A DNA stretch of 62,661 nt, counting the filler, from Deltaproteobacteria bacterium (lineage in GTDB: Bacteria > JAUYMQ01), in NCBI GenBank assembly GCA_030698575.1. It is 5 parts of 5 records of this genome, joined end to end, with 100 filler letters (N's around TTAATTAATTAA, not from the genome) between each part and the next. Parts side by side here need not be neighbours in the genome. Positions count along the whole stretch, not along the records: positions 25,291 to 31,380 come from JAUYMQ010000193.1; positions 31,481 to 44,883 come from JAUYMQ010000227.1; 3 more parts are not named here. One strand, written 5' to 3'. This document shows, in pieces, positions 30,474 through 40,329 of this stretch; position 1 is the stretch's first letter, and every line of letters starts with the position of its first letter. Under the pieces are notes generated by a model that saw nothing but the letters and a program-made list of their open reading frames with translations, did not search any database and was not told the DNA's origin. A program made the position numbers and the translations under genes.

Positions 30474-31379
30474 TCAGTTCACCCGCCGCGACTTGTCCTT
30501 CCAGAAAGGCTCACGCAGTTCGCGCTTCAACACCTTGCCTGACGGGTTCTTCGGGAGCACTTCCGCGAAGTCGACCGAACGCGGGCGCTTGTAGCCGGCG
30601 AGCTTGCCCTTGCAGTACGCCATGACGTCGTCCGCGGTTGTCTTGGCGCCCGGCTTCAGGACCACGATCGCCTTGATCTCCTCGCCCCACTGCGCGGAGG
30701 GGATGCCGATGCAGGCGGCGTCGGCGATGTCTGGGTGCGAGAAGAGGACCTCCTCGATCTCGCGCGGATAGACGTTCTCGCCGCCCGAGACGATCATGTC
30801 CTTGATGCGATCCTTGATGTAGATGTACCCCTCCTCGTCCATCTCACCGAGATCGCCCGTGTGCAGCCAGCCGTCCTTCAGCGTCTCAGCCGTGGCCTCG
30901 GGGAGCTTCCAGTAGCCCTTCATCACCTGCTCACCCCGTCCGACGATCTCGCCCACCTGGCCGTGAGGTAACGCGTTTCCCTGCTCGTCGACGATTCTCA
31001 TCTCGGTGCCGAAGATCTCTCGACCGCAGGACTCGAGGCGCCGGACCTTTTCCGGGGGGCCGTCAAGCACATGGTCCTCGGGACGCAGCATGGTCAGCAC
31101 CGCCACCGACTCCGTCTGTCCGAAGCCCTGAACGAAGTTGCACTTGAACAGCTGCATCGCCTGGCGGAGCACCTCGAGCGGGATTGCCGACGCCCCGTAG
31201 ATCACGTAGCGGAGCGTGCCGAAATTCACTTTCTCGATCCCCGGCATGTTGAGCAGGAAGAGGATCATCGCCGGCACGAGGAGCGTGTGGGTGACCCCCT
31301 CCTCGTTGAATGCATGGACGACCTCGGGAGGGATGAAATCCTTCTTGATGACGAGCGTGGCCCCGCCCGCCAGAGCCGA
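30474..31379 (-). CDS. Long-chain fatty-acid--CoA ligase (3' part)
   Basis: YGASAI, QGFGQTE, GWLHTGDLG, DRIKDMIVSGGENVYPREIE and LPKNPSGKVLK. Confidence 0.93.
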   Translation of the reverse strand, partial: SALAGGATLVIKKDFIPPEVVHAFNEEGVTHTLLVPAMILFLLNMPGIEKVNFGTLRYVIYGASAIPLEVLRQAMQLFKCNFVQGFGQTESVAVLTMLRPEDHVLDGPPEKVRRLESCGREIFGTEMRIVDEQGNALPHGQVGEIVGRGEQVMKGYWKLPEATAETLKDGWLHTGDLGEMDEEGYIYIKDRIKDMIVSGGENVYPREIEEVLFSHPDIADAACIGIPSAQWGEEIKAIVVLKPGAKTTADDVMAYCKGKLAGYKRPRSVDFAEVLPKNPSGKVLKRELREPFWKDKSRRVN

Positions 31380-31380
31380 C

Positions 31381-31480
31381 NNNNNNNNNNNNNNNNNNNN
31401 NNNNNNNNNNNNNNNNNNNNNNNNTTAATTAATTAANNNNNNNNNNNNNNNNNNNNNNNNNNNNNNNNNNNNNNNNNNNN
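31381..31480. other. Artificial contig linker
   Basis: N44-TTAATTAATTAA-N44. Confidence 0.99.
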
Positions 31481-32604
31481 GACTTGCCGAGCGACGTCTT
31501 GCCGACGCCGGGCGGGCCCACGAAACAGAGAATCGGCCCCTTCATCGACTTCTTCAGCTTCTTGACGCCCAGGAACTCGAGGATCCGCTCCTTCACCTTC
31601 GGAAGCCCGGCGTGATCTTCGTCGAGTACCTTCTTTGCCATCGAGAGATCGATGTTATCCCGCGTCCGCTTGTTCCAGGGAAGCTCAATCATCCAGTCGA
31701 GGAAGGTGCGAAGCATGCTGGCCTCGGCCGCGTCGGGGTGCATGCGTTCGAGTCGGCCTGCCTGCTTCTGCGCTTCCTTCTCAACCGGCGCCGGCATCTT
31801 GGCCTCGATGATCTTGTCACGGTACTCGTCGGCCTCGGTGCCGCGGTCCTCCTTGTCGCCGAGCTCGCTCTTGATGGCCCTGAGCTGCTCCCGCAGGAAG
31901 TGCTCGCGCTGCATGCGGGTCATCTCCTCCCGCACGTTGTGTTCGATCTCCGCCTGGACCTTGGAGACCTCGATTTCCCGTTCGAGCATGCCGTTCACCT
32001 TCCGGAGCCGCTCGACGGGATCGAGCACCTCCAGCATCGCCTGGCTTTCCGGCACCGCCAAGCGCAGGTTCGAGAGCACCAGATCCGCAAGCCGCCCCGG
32101 ATCTTCGATGTTGTTCGTGATCATCACGATCTCGGGAGGGAGGTTCTTCAACGGGAGGATCGTTTCAATCTTCGTCTTGACGGTCCGGATCAGCGCCTCG
32201 GACTCCACCCGCTGACCTGGTAACACCTCTTCCTTGATCGTCTTTACACGCACGGTGAAGGCCGGCGTCTCGCTCAGGTACTGCTGGACGTAGGCCTTCG
32301 CCACCCCCTGCACCAGCACCTTGAGGCGCCCGTCGGGCAGCTTGAGCATCCGCATGATCATGGCGACAGTGCCGATCTCATGCAGATCCGTGGCGCCCGG
32401 ATCTTCAGTATGCACGTCGCGCTGTGCGGCCAGCATGATAAGCCGGTGCTTTCCGACGGCTCGCTCGATCGCCGCGATCGACCGCTCGCGTCCCACGAAC
32501 AGCGGCAGGATCATGTAGGGGAAAACCACGACATCACGGACGGGAAGCAACGGGAGTTCACTGGGAATCTCGATTGCCTCGTCGTTCTTGAGCTGGTCCG
32601 CCAC
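31481..32604 (-). CDS. lon: ATP-dependent Lon protease (5' part)
   Basis: LPLLPVRDVVVFP, LPDGRLKVLVQG, FLREQLRAIK.ELG and Walker A GPPGVGKTS at the contig end. Confidence 0.97.
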
Positions 32605-32721
32605 AGGGGCCTCCGGGTCAGTGTAAGAACATGGGCGCAAAGGGACCGCCACGCTCTTAACCTATCGACCGGGAACCCCGGCGCCTTGACCAGGAAGTGC
32701 TTGAACGGTGGGAAAATCGGG

Positions 32722-34677
32722 CTAGTGGGCCTCGACCGGGGTGAGGAAGCGCTCGACGTCTTCGAGGCGATCGGTGACGGGACAGGGGGGAAGGCTCGCG
32801 AGCACGATCCGGCCGTAACTTCGTGTGTATACCCGCTCATCCAGGAGGGCCAGAATTCCCCGGTCGGCCTCGTTGCGGATGAGGCGGCCGAGACCCTGCC
32901 GGAGCGAGAGGATGGTCCGGGGCAGCTGGTAACTCATGAAGGGGTTCTCCCCCTGTTCCTGAATATAGGCGATGCGCGCCTCCTCGATCGGCTCTCCGGG
33001 CGATGCAAAGGGGAGCTTGTCGACGATGACACAGGAGAGCGCCGGACCGGGCACGTCCACCCCTTCCCAGAAACTCGCGGTGGCGAGAAGCACGGCGTCG
33101 CCGTACTCCTTGAATCGCTCGAGTATTGCGGAGCGGCTCCCCTCTCCCTGCACCAGCAACGGGTGGTCGAGCCGGCCGCGCAGCGCGCGTGCTGCGGCCT
33201 CGAGGTTGCGGTGGCTCGTGAAGAGCGCAAAGGCCCGGCCGCGCGTCACGCCCACGATGCGTTCGATCTCCCGGGGCGCCAGCTCACGAAATGCCGGATC
33301 GTCCGGGGGAACCCCCAGCCGGGGCAGATAGAGCAGCGCCTGGCGTGCGTAGTCGAAAGGGCTCTCCACCGCGAAGGCCTCGGCGCTTTCGGGGAGGCCC
33401 AGGCGGCGGCGGACGAAGGCGAAGTTCGACCCCTCGTCGTCCTCCCGCGCGCGGCCACTCGACAGCGTGGCGCTCGTGAAGAAGACGGCCGGCACGTCCT
33501 CGAGAAGCGACTCCTCGAAAGTGCGGGCCAGCTCGATGGGCGCCACGGTGAGGGTCACGGAGGCGCCGCGGCGCTCGGCCCAGGCCACGTGATCGGGCCT
33601 CGACTCTTCGAGGATGGCGCGCAGGTCTGCGGTGAGGGTCCCCGCCCGGACGCCTATCTGTCTGAGAGCATCGTCCGGCCGTTGCCGATCGAGATCATCG
33701 AACACCGCCCCGAGCCCCTCCAGCGCCTCTGTGGCCGCATCGAGAGTTTCGACCGACACCATCCCCGGGCTGATGCGCCGCCGCGCTTCTCCGTTGGCGA
33801 AGCGCTCGAAGACCGCCTCTCCGCACCCCGTCGCCGCCCGCAGTGCATTGCCGACACGCGGGGGGAGCAAACCGGAGCCGAAGGTGCGCCGCCACTCTCG
33901 CTCGGCGTCACCGGTGAGATCCGCCAGGCGGCCGCTCGAGACCGTGCGCCCCAGGAACAGGGTGGCGATCTGCTCGATCTGGTGGGCCTCGTCGAAGATG
34001 ACGGCATCGGCCATGGGGAGAACTTCGCCCTTCTCCTGCATGCGGAGCGCCAGGTCGGCGAAGAAGAGGTGGTGGTTGACCACGATAACGTCGGCCGACA
34101 TCGCATCGCGCCTGGCGCGGTAGACGAAACAGTCGTCGTAGCGCTCGCAGCGCTGCGCCAGGCACTGTTCGCTGCTGGCGGACATGTGCCGCCATTCCGG
34201 GAAGTCATCGGGCAGATCATCCATCTCGGATCGATCGCCCGTCGTGGTGCCCCGGGCCCAGTTCGTTAGCGCCTTACCGAGCTTCCGATCCCGGATGCGC
34301 CCGATGCCGGGCCCGTCGCTGTAGGCCTCGTAGCGGCGGAGGCAGAGGTAGTTCTGCCGCCCCTTCTGGAGGGCCGCCTCGAAGGGAACACCGAGCGCCT
34401 TGCGAACGAGCGGTATGTCCTTGAAAAAGAGCTGATCCTGGAGGGTGCGCGTGCCGGTCGAGATAATGACCTTCTTGCCGGAAAGGACGACGGGCACGAG
34501 GTAGGCGAGGGTCTTGCCTGTTCCCGTTCCGGCTTCGACCATCGAAACGCCGCCGCGCGCGAGCACCCGGGCGACGGCTTCCGCCATGCGCAGTTGCCCG
34601 GGGCGCGCCTGCCATCGATCGAGGCGCCCAGCGAAGGGACCGTCCGAGGCCAGCGCCTGGCTCAACTCCTCGACCAC
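32722..34677 (-). CDS. DinG/YoaA-family ATP-dependent DNA helicase
   Basis: RPGQ, EAGTGTGKT, KGRQNYLC, Fe-S cysteines, VVNHHLFF, DEAH, SAT, FWEGVDVPG and QGLGRLIR. Confidence 0.95.
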   Translation of the reverse strand: MVEELSQALASDGPFAGRLDRWQARPGQLRMAEAVARVLARGGVSMVEAGTGTGKTLAYLVPVVLSGKKVIISTGTRTLQDQLFFKDIPLVRKALGVPFEAALQKGRQNYLCLRRYEAYSDGPGIGRIRDRKLGKALTNWARGTTTGDRSEMDDLPDDFPEWRHMSASSEQCLAQRCERYDDCFVYRARRDAMSADVIVVNHHLFFADLALRMQEKGEVLPMADAVIFDEAHQIEQIATLFLGRTVSSGRLADLTGDAEREWRRTFGSGLLPPRVGNALRAATGCGEAVFERFANGEARRRISPGMVSVETLDAATEALEGLGAVFDDLDRQRPDDALRQIGVRAGTLTADLRAILEESRPDHVAWAERRGASVTLTVAPIELARTFEESLLEDVPAVFFTSATLSSGRAREDDEGSNFAFVRRRLGLPESAEAFAVESPFDYARQALLYLPRLGVPPDDPAFRELAPREIERIVGVTRGRAFALFTSHRNLEAAARALRGRLDHPLLVQGEGSRSAILERFKEYGDAVLLATASFWEGVDVPGPALSCVIVDKLPFASPGEPIEEARIAYIQEQGENPFMSYQLPRTILSLRQGLGRLIRNEADRGILALLDERVYTRSYGRIVLASLPPCPVTDRLEDVERFLTPVEAH

Positions 34678-34681
34678 GCCC

Positions 34682-35881
34682 TCACCTCCTCTCCGCCGGA
34701 TGGGCGGCGTTCCCCATCGGGGAGACCGGCACGATATTGCTTCCGCGGATGGTCAGCAGCACGGCGCCGCGCCGCGCGTCACGCCCCCCTTCGAAGCGAA
34801 GCGTTCCGGCAGCCCCCTCGATGCCCGACGTCACCATCAACCTCTCGCGCAGGTGCTCGGGGCCGGCCTGCCCGGCGTTCTCGAGCATCTCGATGACCAG
34901 GGCGGCGGCGTCGTGGGCCTGCGCCGCCAGCGGATCGGGCGCTTCCTCGAAGGTCCGCCGGTAGGCAACGGAAAAGGCGCGGCTCGGGCTCCGGGAATCG
35001 GATTCCGAAAAGGGCGCCGCGAAAACAGCTCCTTCGAGCCCGCCGCCGAGTGTCGCATCGGGCGTGTTCCACAGCCCCGTGCCGAGTAGCTTGAAGTTCG
35101 TGACGCCCGCCCCGCGCAACCGCTCGGCCGCCAGACGCGCCGCGAAAATGTCATCAGGAACGAAAAGCGCATCCCAGGGCGCCACTGCCGGCTCGCCGAC
35201 AGGTCGATCGTACAGCGAGGCCAGCACCCCGGGAATGGCCGGCGGGCGCCCGTAGGATGCGCGGCGGGTTACTCGCCCTCCCAGGGCGACCACCTCGTCG
35301 GCAAAGGCCTGGGCGACATCGCGGCCGAACCGATCGCCGGGGCTCAGAATGGCGAAACGCGTGATGAGCAGCCGTCGTGTTCCGTAGATGGCCACGGCGC
35401 GCGCCTCGTCCCTGGGCGTGAGGAGAGAGCGGAAGACGAAATCCCCCTGGGAGACGACGTCCTCCCGCTGCGTGAGCGTGATAATCGGGACGCGAAGACG
35501 CTGGGCCTCGGCGGCGGCGCCGGGCGATTCGCGGCTGGTCACGGGTCCCAGGATGACGATTGCGCGTTCATCAGTAACCAGCTCGGTGACCGCTTTCGCC
35601 GCGCCCTCGGGCGTCCCCCCGGTGTCCCGCACCGTCACCGCGACGCCGCGATAGAACGGCGCGGTCTGGTCGAAAACTTTCGCCGCCAGCAGGATGCCGC
35701 GAAGCGCGCGTACGCCAACCGCCGCGTCGGGTCCGGAAAGCGGCAGCGCGCAGCCGATCGCCGGCGCCGTTGCACCCGCGGCCGCCGGCTGCGCCGTTGC
35801 GGTCCCCTGGAGGAAGATGAACGCCAGGCCGGCGAGAAGCGCCGCCGACGAAAGCGACTCACTGCTTTTTATGAATCGAAT
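34682..35881 (-). CDS. LppC/LpoA-like type I periplasmic-binding-fold protein (penicillin-binding-protein activator family)
   Basis: Frame stays open upstream of the tracked GTG 35638 through IGCALPLSG and a signal peptide. Best start is ATT 35881, 6 nt after GGGAGG. Motifs ILGPV, WDALFVPD, LLGTGLW, AAQAHDA. Confidence 0.8.
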   Translation of the reverse strand: MRFIKSSESLSSAALLAGLAFIFLQGTATAQPAAAGATAPAIGCALPLSGPDAAVGVRALRGILLAAKVFDQTAPFYRGVAVTVRDTGGTPEGAAKAVTELVTDERAIVILGPVTSRESPGAAAEAQRLRVPIITLTQREDVVSQGDFVFRSLLTPRDEARAVAIYGTRRLLITRFAILSPGDRFGRDVAQAFADEVVALGGRVTRRASYGRPPAIPGVLASLYDRPVGEPAVAPWDALFVPDDIFAARLAAERLRGAGVTNFKLLGTGLWNTPDATLGGGLEGAVFAAPFSESDSRSPSRAFSVAYRRTFEEAPDPLAAQAHDAAALVIEMLENAGQAGPEHLRERLMVTSGIEGAAGTLRFEGGRDARRGAVLLTIRGSNIVPVSPMGNAAHPAERR

Positions 35882-35978
35882 GATAGACCTCCCGCGGGCG
35901 GGCGTGGGCCGGACATCGTAGCACGGTGCGGTGTCAGCGGGAGGGTCATGACGCTGGATGACGGGGGGAGGGGTCGGC

Positions 35979-37118
35979 TCAGCTGTCTCCGGCGGAGAAG
36001 AGATCCTTCATCTGCTTGAGAAAGCCCTTGCCCATCGGATTCGTGTCGGCGCTCGAAGCTTCCCCGAACTTGCGCAGGAGATCCTTCTGGCGGGCGTTCA
36101 GCTTGCTGGGAATCTCGACGACAATGTGAACGAGTTGATCCCCGCGCCCGCCCCCGTTCAACGAAGCTACGCCACGGTTCCGCAGGCGGAACAGCTTTCC
36201 GTTCTGCGTCCCGGCCGGGATCTTCATCTTTATCGGCCCCTCGAGGGTCGGAACCTCGATCTCCTCACCGAGCGTCGCCTGCACAATCGTGATGGGCACC
36301 TGGCAAACGACGTCGCTGTCCGAACGCTCGAAGATCGGGTGCTCGCGCACCTCGAGGACCACGTAGAGATCGCCCGGGGAGCCGCCGGACACGCCCGACT
36401 CTCCTTCCCCCGTGAGCCTCAGTCTGGAGCCGGTATCGACGCCCGCCGGAATCTGCACCGAGAGGGTCTTCACCTTGCGGAGGCGGCCCTGACCCTTGCA
36501 GTCATGGCAGGGGTTCGTGATGACGCGCCCCTGCCCCTGGCAGTGGGGACAGGTGCGGCGGATCTCGAAGAAGCCCTGCCGCATGCTGACCGAGCCCGAG
36601 CCGCCGCACTGCGGACAGGAGGAAGGCTCTGTTCCCGGCTTCGAGCCGCTTCCCGAGCACCCCTCGCACCCGACCAGTTTGGGCACGCGGATCTGAAGTG
36701 TCGCCCCGAAGGCCGCCTGTTCGAAATCGATCTCGAGGTTGTACCTGAGATCACTGCCCCGCTGGGCTGCGGAGCGCCGCCGTCGGCGCTGGCTGCCGAA
36801 CATGTCACCGAAGGGGCCATCGAAAAGATCGCGGAAGATGTCCTCGAACCCGGCTGCGCCGCCGAAGCCCGCGGCCCCGGCGTCCCGGAACCCGCCCGCG
36901 GAGTGGCCGAACTGATCGTACCGGGCCCGCTTGTCCGTATCGCTCAGCACCTCGTAGGCTTCGGCTGCTTCCTTGAATTTGTCCTCGGCTTTCTTGTCGC
37001 CAGGGTTCTTGTCGGGATGCAGCTTGACCGCGAGCTTGCGAAAGGCGCGCTTGATCTCCTCCTGCGACGCGCCGCGGGAGACTTCGAGGATCTCGTAATA
37101 GTCACGCTTGCCGTTCAA
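35979..37118 (-). CDS. dnaJ: Chaperone DnaJ
   Basis: J domain with HPD, G/F region and four CxxCxGxG repeats. Confidence 0.98.
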   Translation of the reverse strand: MNGKRDYYEILEVSRGASQEEIKRAFRKLAVKLHPDKNPGDKKAEDKFKEAAEAYEVLSDTDKRARYDQFGHSAGGFRDAGAAGFGGAAGFEDIFRDLFDGPFGDMFGSQRRRRRSAAQRGSDLRYNLEIDFEQAAFGATLQIRVPKLVGCEGCSGSGSKPGTEPSSCPQCGGSGSVSMRQGFFEIRRTCPHCQGQGRVITNPCHDCKGQGRLRKVKTLSVQIPAGVDTGSRLRLTGEGESGVSGGSPGDLYVVLEVREHPIFERSDSDVVCQVPITIVQATLGEEIEVPTLEGPIKMKIPAGTQNGKLFRLRNRGVASLNGGGRGDQLVHIVVEIPSKLNARQKDLLRKFGEASSADTNPMGKGFLKQMKDLFSAGDS

Positions 37119-37714
37119 TGTTCGGTCTCGTCTTCCGAGCCGCCTGAAACGACGACTTTCGCGGGGCGCAACAACCGTTCGTGAAGCTGGTAGCCTTTCA
37201 GGAACTCTTCCACTACCGTGCCGGGCGGGACGTCGGCTCGATCGAGACGCTGGACCGCCTCGTGGACGCGCGGATCGAAGACGCTCCCCTCGCTTTCCAC
37301 CGGTGTGACCCCATGCGCCGCGAGGGTGTCACGAAACTGCTTGATCGTGAGCGCGACGCCCTCGAGCAGGCCCTTCATCCCCTCCTCGGGATTCCCGCCA
37401 TCGGCAACTTCGGCCGCTGCCTGGATCGCCCGCTCGAGGTTGTCGAGAATGGGGAGCAAATCCCGCACGAAATCCTCGTGGCCGAAGCGGAGCCAGTTGC
37501 TCTTCTCCCGCACCAGGTGCTTGCGCGTGTTGTCGAGGTCGGCAAGCGCCCGCAGGTACTTGTCCTCGGCCACCCGCACGTCGGTCTCGAGTTGCTCGAA
37601 GGCTTGCTTGAAGCTTTCCGTGGGCGCTGCAAGCGCGTCTTCGCCCTGGCTCCGCGAGGGCTTGCCCTCTTCTTCGGCTCGCCTTCGTTGCGGCGCGTTG
37701 TCCTTTTCGCTCAC
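37115..37714 (-). CDS. grpE: Nucleotide exchange factor GrpE
   Basis: [31 protein letters not shown] and [17 protein letters not shown]. Confidence 0.96.
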   Translation of the reverse strand: MSEKDNAPQRRRAEEEGKPSRSQGEDALAAPTESFKQAFEQLETDVRVAEDKYLRALADLDNTRKHLVREKSNWLRFGHEDFVRDLLPILDNLERAIQAAAEVADGGNPEEGMKGLLEGVALTIKQFRDTLAAHGVTPVESEGSVFDPRVHEAVQRLDRADVPPGTVVEEFLKGYQLHERLLRPAKVVVSGGSEDETEH

Positions 37715-37793
37715 CTGAAAACCCCTATTCCGCGGCGGAACACCCGCTTCGCGCGAAGCACCGCCGGGTCGCCTCAATCGATTCCGTAATGGA

Positions 37794-38816
37794 TCAGTAC
37801 CTGTGCCTGCTCAAAAGATTCGCCACGTAGCCGACGAGCGGGATGATGCGGCGGTAGTCCATCCGGGTGGGCCCGATGACGCCGACGCTGCCGGCCGCCC
37901 CCCGGCCGGCGGTGTAGCGCGAGGTGATGAGTGTGCACCCCTGCATCCCGTCCACTTCACTCTCGGAGCCGATGAGCACGTTCACTCCTTCGCTCTCGAT
38001 CGTGGCGCGCAGGAGCGCGAGGATCTGCGACTTCTCCTCGAGAGTGCGGAACAGCGCCTTCATGCGGCCGATGTCCAGGAACTCCGGCTGCTCGAGCAGG
38101 CGCGTGGCCTCCTCGACGTACAGAGCCCCCTCGTCCCTCGCCCCGAAAGCTTCCAGCCCCAGCCTGAGCGCGCGCGCCCGAAGGCGGTCATACTGAACGC
38201 GGTCACTTTTCATCTGGGCTTCGATGCGCGCGTACATCTCCCCAAGCGTGCAGCCCGAAACCGTTTCGTTCAGGTAGCGGGCCATCTTCTCGAGGTCGGC
38301 TTTGGTGTAGTCGGCGTCGGTGCGAACCACACGGTTGTGGACCACCGGCTGGTCGGTGATGAGAATGATCATGGCGCGCCGCCGCCCGAGGCGAACCAGC
38401 TCGATTCGCTTCACCAGCACTTCGTCGAGCGGAGGTGCGAGCACAAGACCGACGAGGTTCGAGACCGCCGACAGCAGATGGCCGGCGCGCCGCATGACGT
38501 CGTCGCCCGCATCCAGGCCGGACTCGAACTCGGCCCGGATGCGATCCCTCTCGCGCTGTGAAAGATTCCGGACCTTCAGAAGATCATCCACGTAGAGACG
38601 GAAACCACGGTCCGTCGGAACCCGCCCGGCGGAGGTGTGCGGCTGGTGGAGGAGTCCCATCCGCTCCAGATCGCCCATCACGTTCCTGACGGTCGCGGGC
38701 GAAAGGTCGAGATAGCGGCGCGAGAGGGTCGCAGAGCCCACGGGCTGGCTGCTCACCACATGGTCATCGACTACCGCCCGGAGGACCTGCTGATGCCGCT
38801 CCGTGAGTGCTGTCAT
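37794..38816 (-). CDS. hrcA: Heat-inducible transcription repressor HrcA
   Basis: PVGS, SPATVRNVM, QPHTSAGRVPTDRGFRLYVD and GVIGPTRMDY. Confidence 0.97.
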   Translation of the reverse strand: MTALTERHQQVLRAVVDDHVVSSQPVGSATLSRRYLDLSPATVRNVMGDLERMGLLHQPHTSAGRVPTDRGFRLYVDDLLKVRNLSQRERDRIRAEFESGLDAGDDVMRRAGHLLSAVSNLVGLVLAPPLDEVLVKRIELVRLGRRRAMIILITDQPVVHNRVVRTDADYTKADLEKMARYLNETVSGCTLGEMYARIEAQMKSDRVQYDRLRARALRLGLEAFGARDEGALYVEEATRLLEQPEFLDIGRMKALFRTLEEKSQILALLRATIESEGVNVLIGSESEVDGMQGCTLITSRYTAGRGAAGSVGVIGPTRMDYRRIIPLVGYVANLLSRHRY

Positions 38817-38867
38817 CGCGCCGCTCCGATGGGCCCGCGGGGGAGCCGCGGGGATAATTCGGGCGCA

Positions 38868-38894
38868 TTGGCACTCGCGCCCAGGGAGTGCCAG
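38868..38894. promoter_or_regulatory. CIRCE operator
   Basis: TTGGCACTC-N9-GAGTGCCAG versus consensus TTAGCACTC-N9-GAGTGCTAA, directly upstream of hrcA. Confidence 0.92.
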
Positions 38895-38895
38895 T

Positions 38896-38924
38896 AAGCT
38901 ATCCAGCACCCCCCGCCCTGTCAA
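38896..38924 (-). promoter_or_regulatory. Sigma-70 promoter of hrcA-grpE-dnaJ
   Basis: TTGACA-17 nt-TAGCTT abutting the CIRCE. Confidence 0.8.
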
Positions 38925-39002
38925 CAAATACCTCGATTCTAAAAGGCTTTTAACTCCGGCGGACCAACGGGCAGGGCCAGATGGAGGGAAGGTAATCGAC
39001 CG

Positions 39003-40154
39003 TCAGAAGAAGCGCATGAAGGCTTCGTTCGAGAGAAGCCTCCCGCGCCTCGTGAGCGCCACCCGCTCCGGATCGTCGCCGACGAGCCCGTCGGCGATCA
39101 GCGCGGCGATCACGCCGGGGAACACCTCGTCGACGTCGTGCTTGAAGGCTCTCCGGAACTCCTCGACGGCAAACCCCTCGACCCCTCGCAAACGGAGGAA
39201 CACCCACTCCCGCCGCGCATCATCGTCCGTGAGATCCTCGGCGCCTTCCTCGACCGGCTCATCCGCCAGCGCCCTCGCGATGTAGCGGCGGTGATCACGG
39301 ACGTTCCACCAGCGGCGACCGCCCCGCGCCGAAGCAAGGAATGAATGCGCGCCGGTTCCGATGCCGAGAGAGCTGCCGCGCCGCCAGTAGTGGCGGTTGT
39401 GTGACGACTCGAAGCCGGGACACGCGAAGTTGCTGATCTCGTAGCGCGCGAGCCCCGCGCGGGCCAGGCGGTTCTCGATGGCCTCGAACATTTCCGCCTG
39501 AAGCCCCTCCTCCGGCGGTTCGAGCTTGCCCTGCTTCCAGTCACGGTGCAGGCGCGTGCCCGGCTCGAGGGTCAGATTGTAGGCCGAGACGTGCTGTGGC
39601 CCGAGCGCGACGGCCTCGCCGAGATCGGTTTGCAGCGAGGCGAGGTCCTGGCCCGGCATGCCGAAGATCAGATCGAGGCTCACGTTTTCGAAGCCCGCGC
39701 CGCGCGCCAATGCGACCGCCGCGCGAATGTCCTCCGCCCGGTGCCCGCGCCCCAGGAATTCGAGATGCCGCGCGTCGAAGCTCTGCGCGCCGAGTGACAG
39801 CCGGTTCACCCCGGCTTCCCGCCATTCCGACAGCGCCGACGCCGAGAGCCCTTCGGGATTGGCCTCGAGGGTGATCTCCGCGGGCTGGAACGCGCCGCCG
39901 CCGAGACCACGCGCCTCGTCGAGGATCTTCGCGATGAGTTCCGGCGCGAGGATCGACGGCGTGCCGCCGCCAAGATAGACGGAACGGAGCGTTCCGACCG
40001 CCCAGGGGCCTTCCGCCCAACGGCTTCGAAGCTCGGCGAGGAGCGCGTCGACGTACGCGGCCTCGGGTCTCTCCCTGACGATCGTAATCGTGAAGTCGCA
40101 GTAGGGACAGCGCGCGGCGCAGAACGGGATGTGAACGTAGAGCGAAAACTCCAC
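39003..40154 (-). CDS. hemW: Radical SAM heme chaperone HemW (HemN-like)
   Basis: YVHIPFCAARCPYCDF, GGGTPS, YEISNF and HNRHYW; usual position upstream of hrcA; GTG 40154 after GGAGG. Confidence 0.92.
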   Translation of the reverse strand: MEFSLYVHIPFCAARCPYCDFTITIVRERPEAAYVDALLAELRSRWAEGPWAVGTLRSVYLGGGTPSILAPELIAKILDEARGLGGGAFQPAEITLEANPEGLSASALSEWREAGVNRLSLGAQSFDARHLEFLGRGHRAEDIRAAVALARGAGFENVSLDLIFGMPGQDLASLQTDLGEAVALGPQHVSAYNLTLEPGTRLHRDWKQGKLEPPEEGLQAEMFEAIENRLARAGLARYEISNFACPGFESSHNRHYWRRGSSLGIGTGAHSFLASARGGRRWWNVRDHRRYIARALADEPVEEGAEDLTDDDARREWVFLRLRGVEGFAVEEFRRAFKHDVDEVFPGVIAALIADGLVGDDPERVALTRRGRLLSNEAFMRFF

Positions 40155-40197
40155 ACTGCCTCCAGCCGCCCGCGGCGGCGCGGTGAGCGTTCCGGGG

Positions 40198-40226
40198 AAC
40201 ATAGAACCGCGCGCGAAGCCGGGCAA
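40198..40226 (-). promoter_or_regulatory. Sigma-70-like promoter of hemW
   Basis: TTGCCC-17 nt-TATGTT. Confidence 0.55.
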
Positions 40227-40241
40227 GGCAAGGGCGCCTCC

Positions 40242-40271
40242 TTGACGGGCACCGGCAGCGCCCCCTAGACT
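40242..40271 (+). promoter_or_regulatory. Sigma-70-like promoter of the M16 peptidase
   Basis: TTGACG-18 nt-TAGACT, back-to-back with the hemW promoter. Confidence 0.55.
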
Positions 40272-40329
40272 TCCCCGACTCCCCGGGGCGCCCGCGCGCC
40301 ACTTCGCCGGGGGCCGGGGGATCCCGCAC

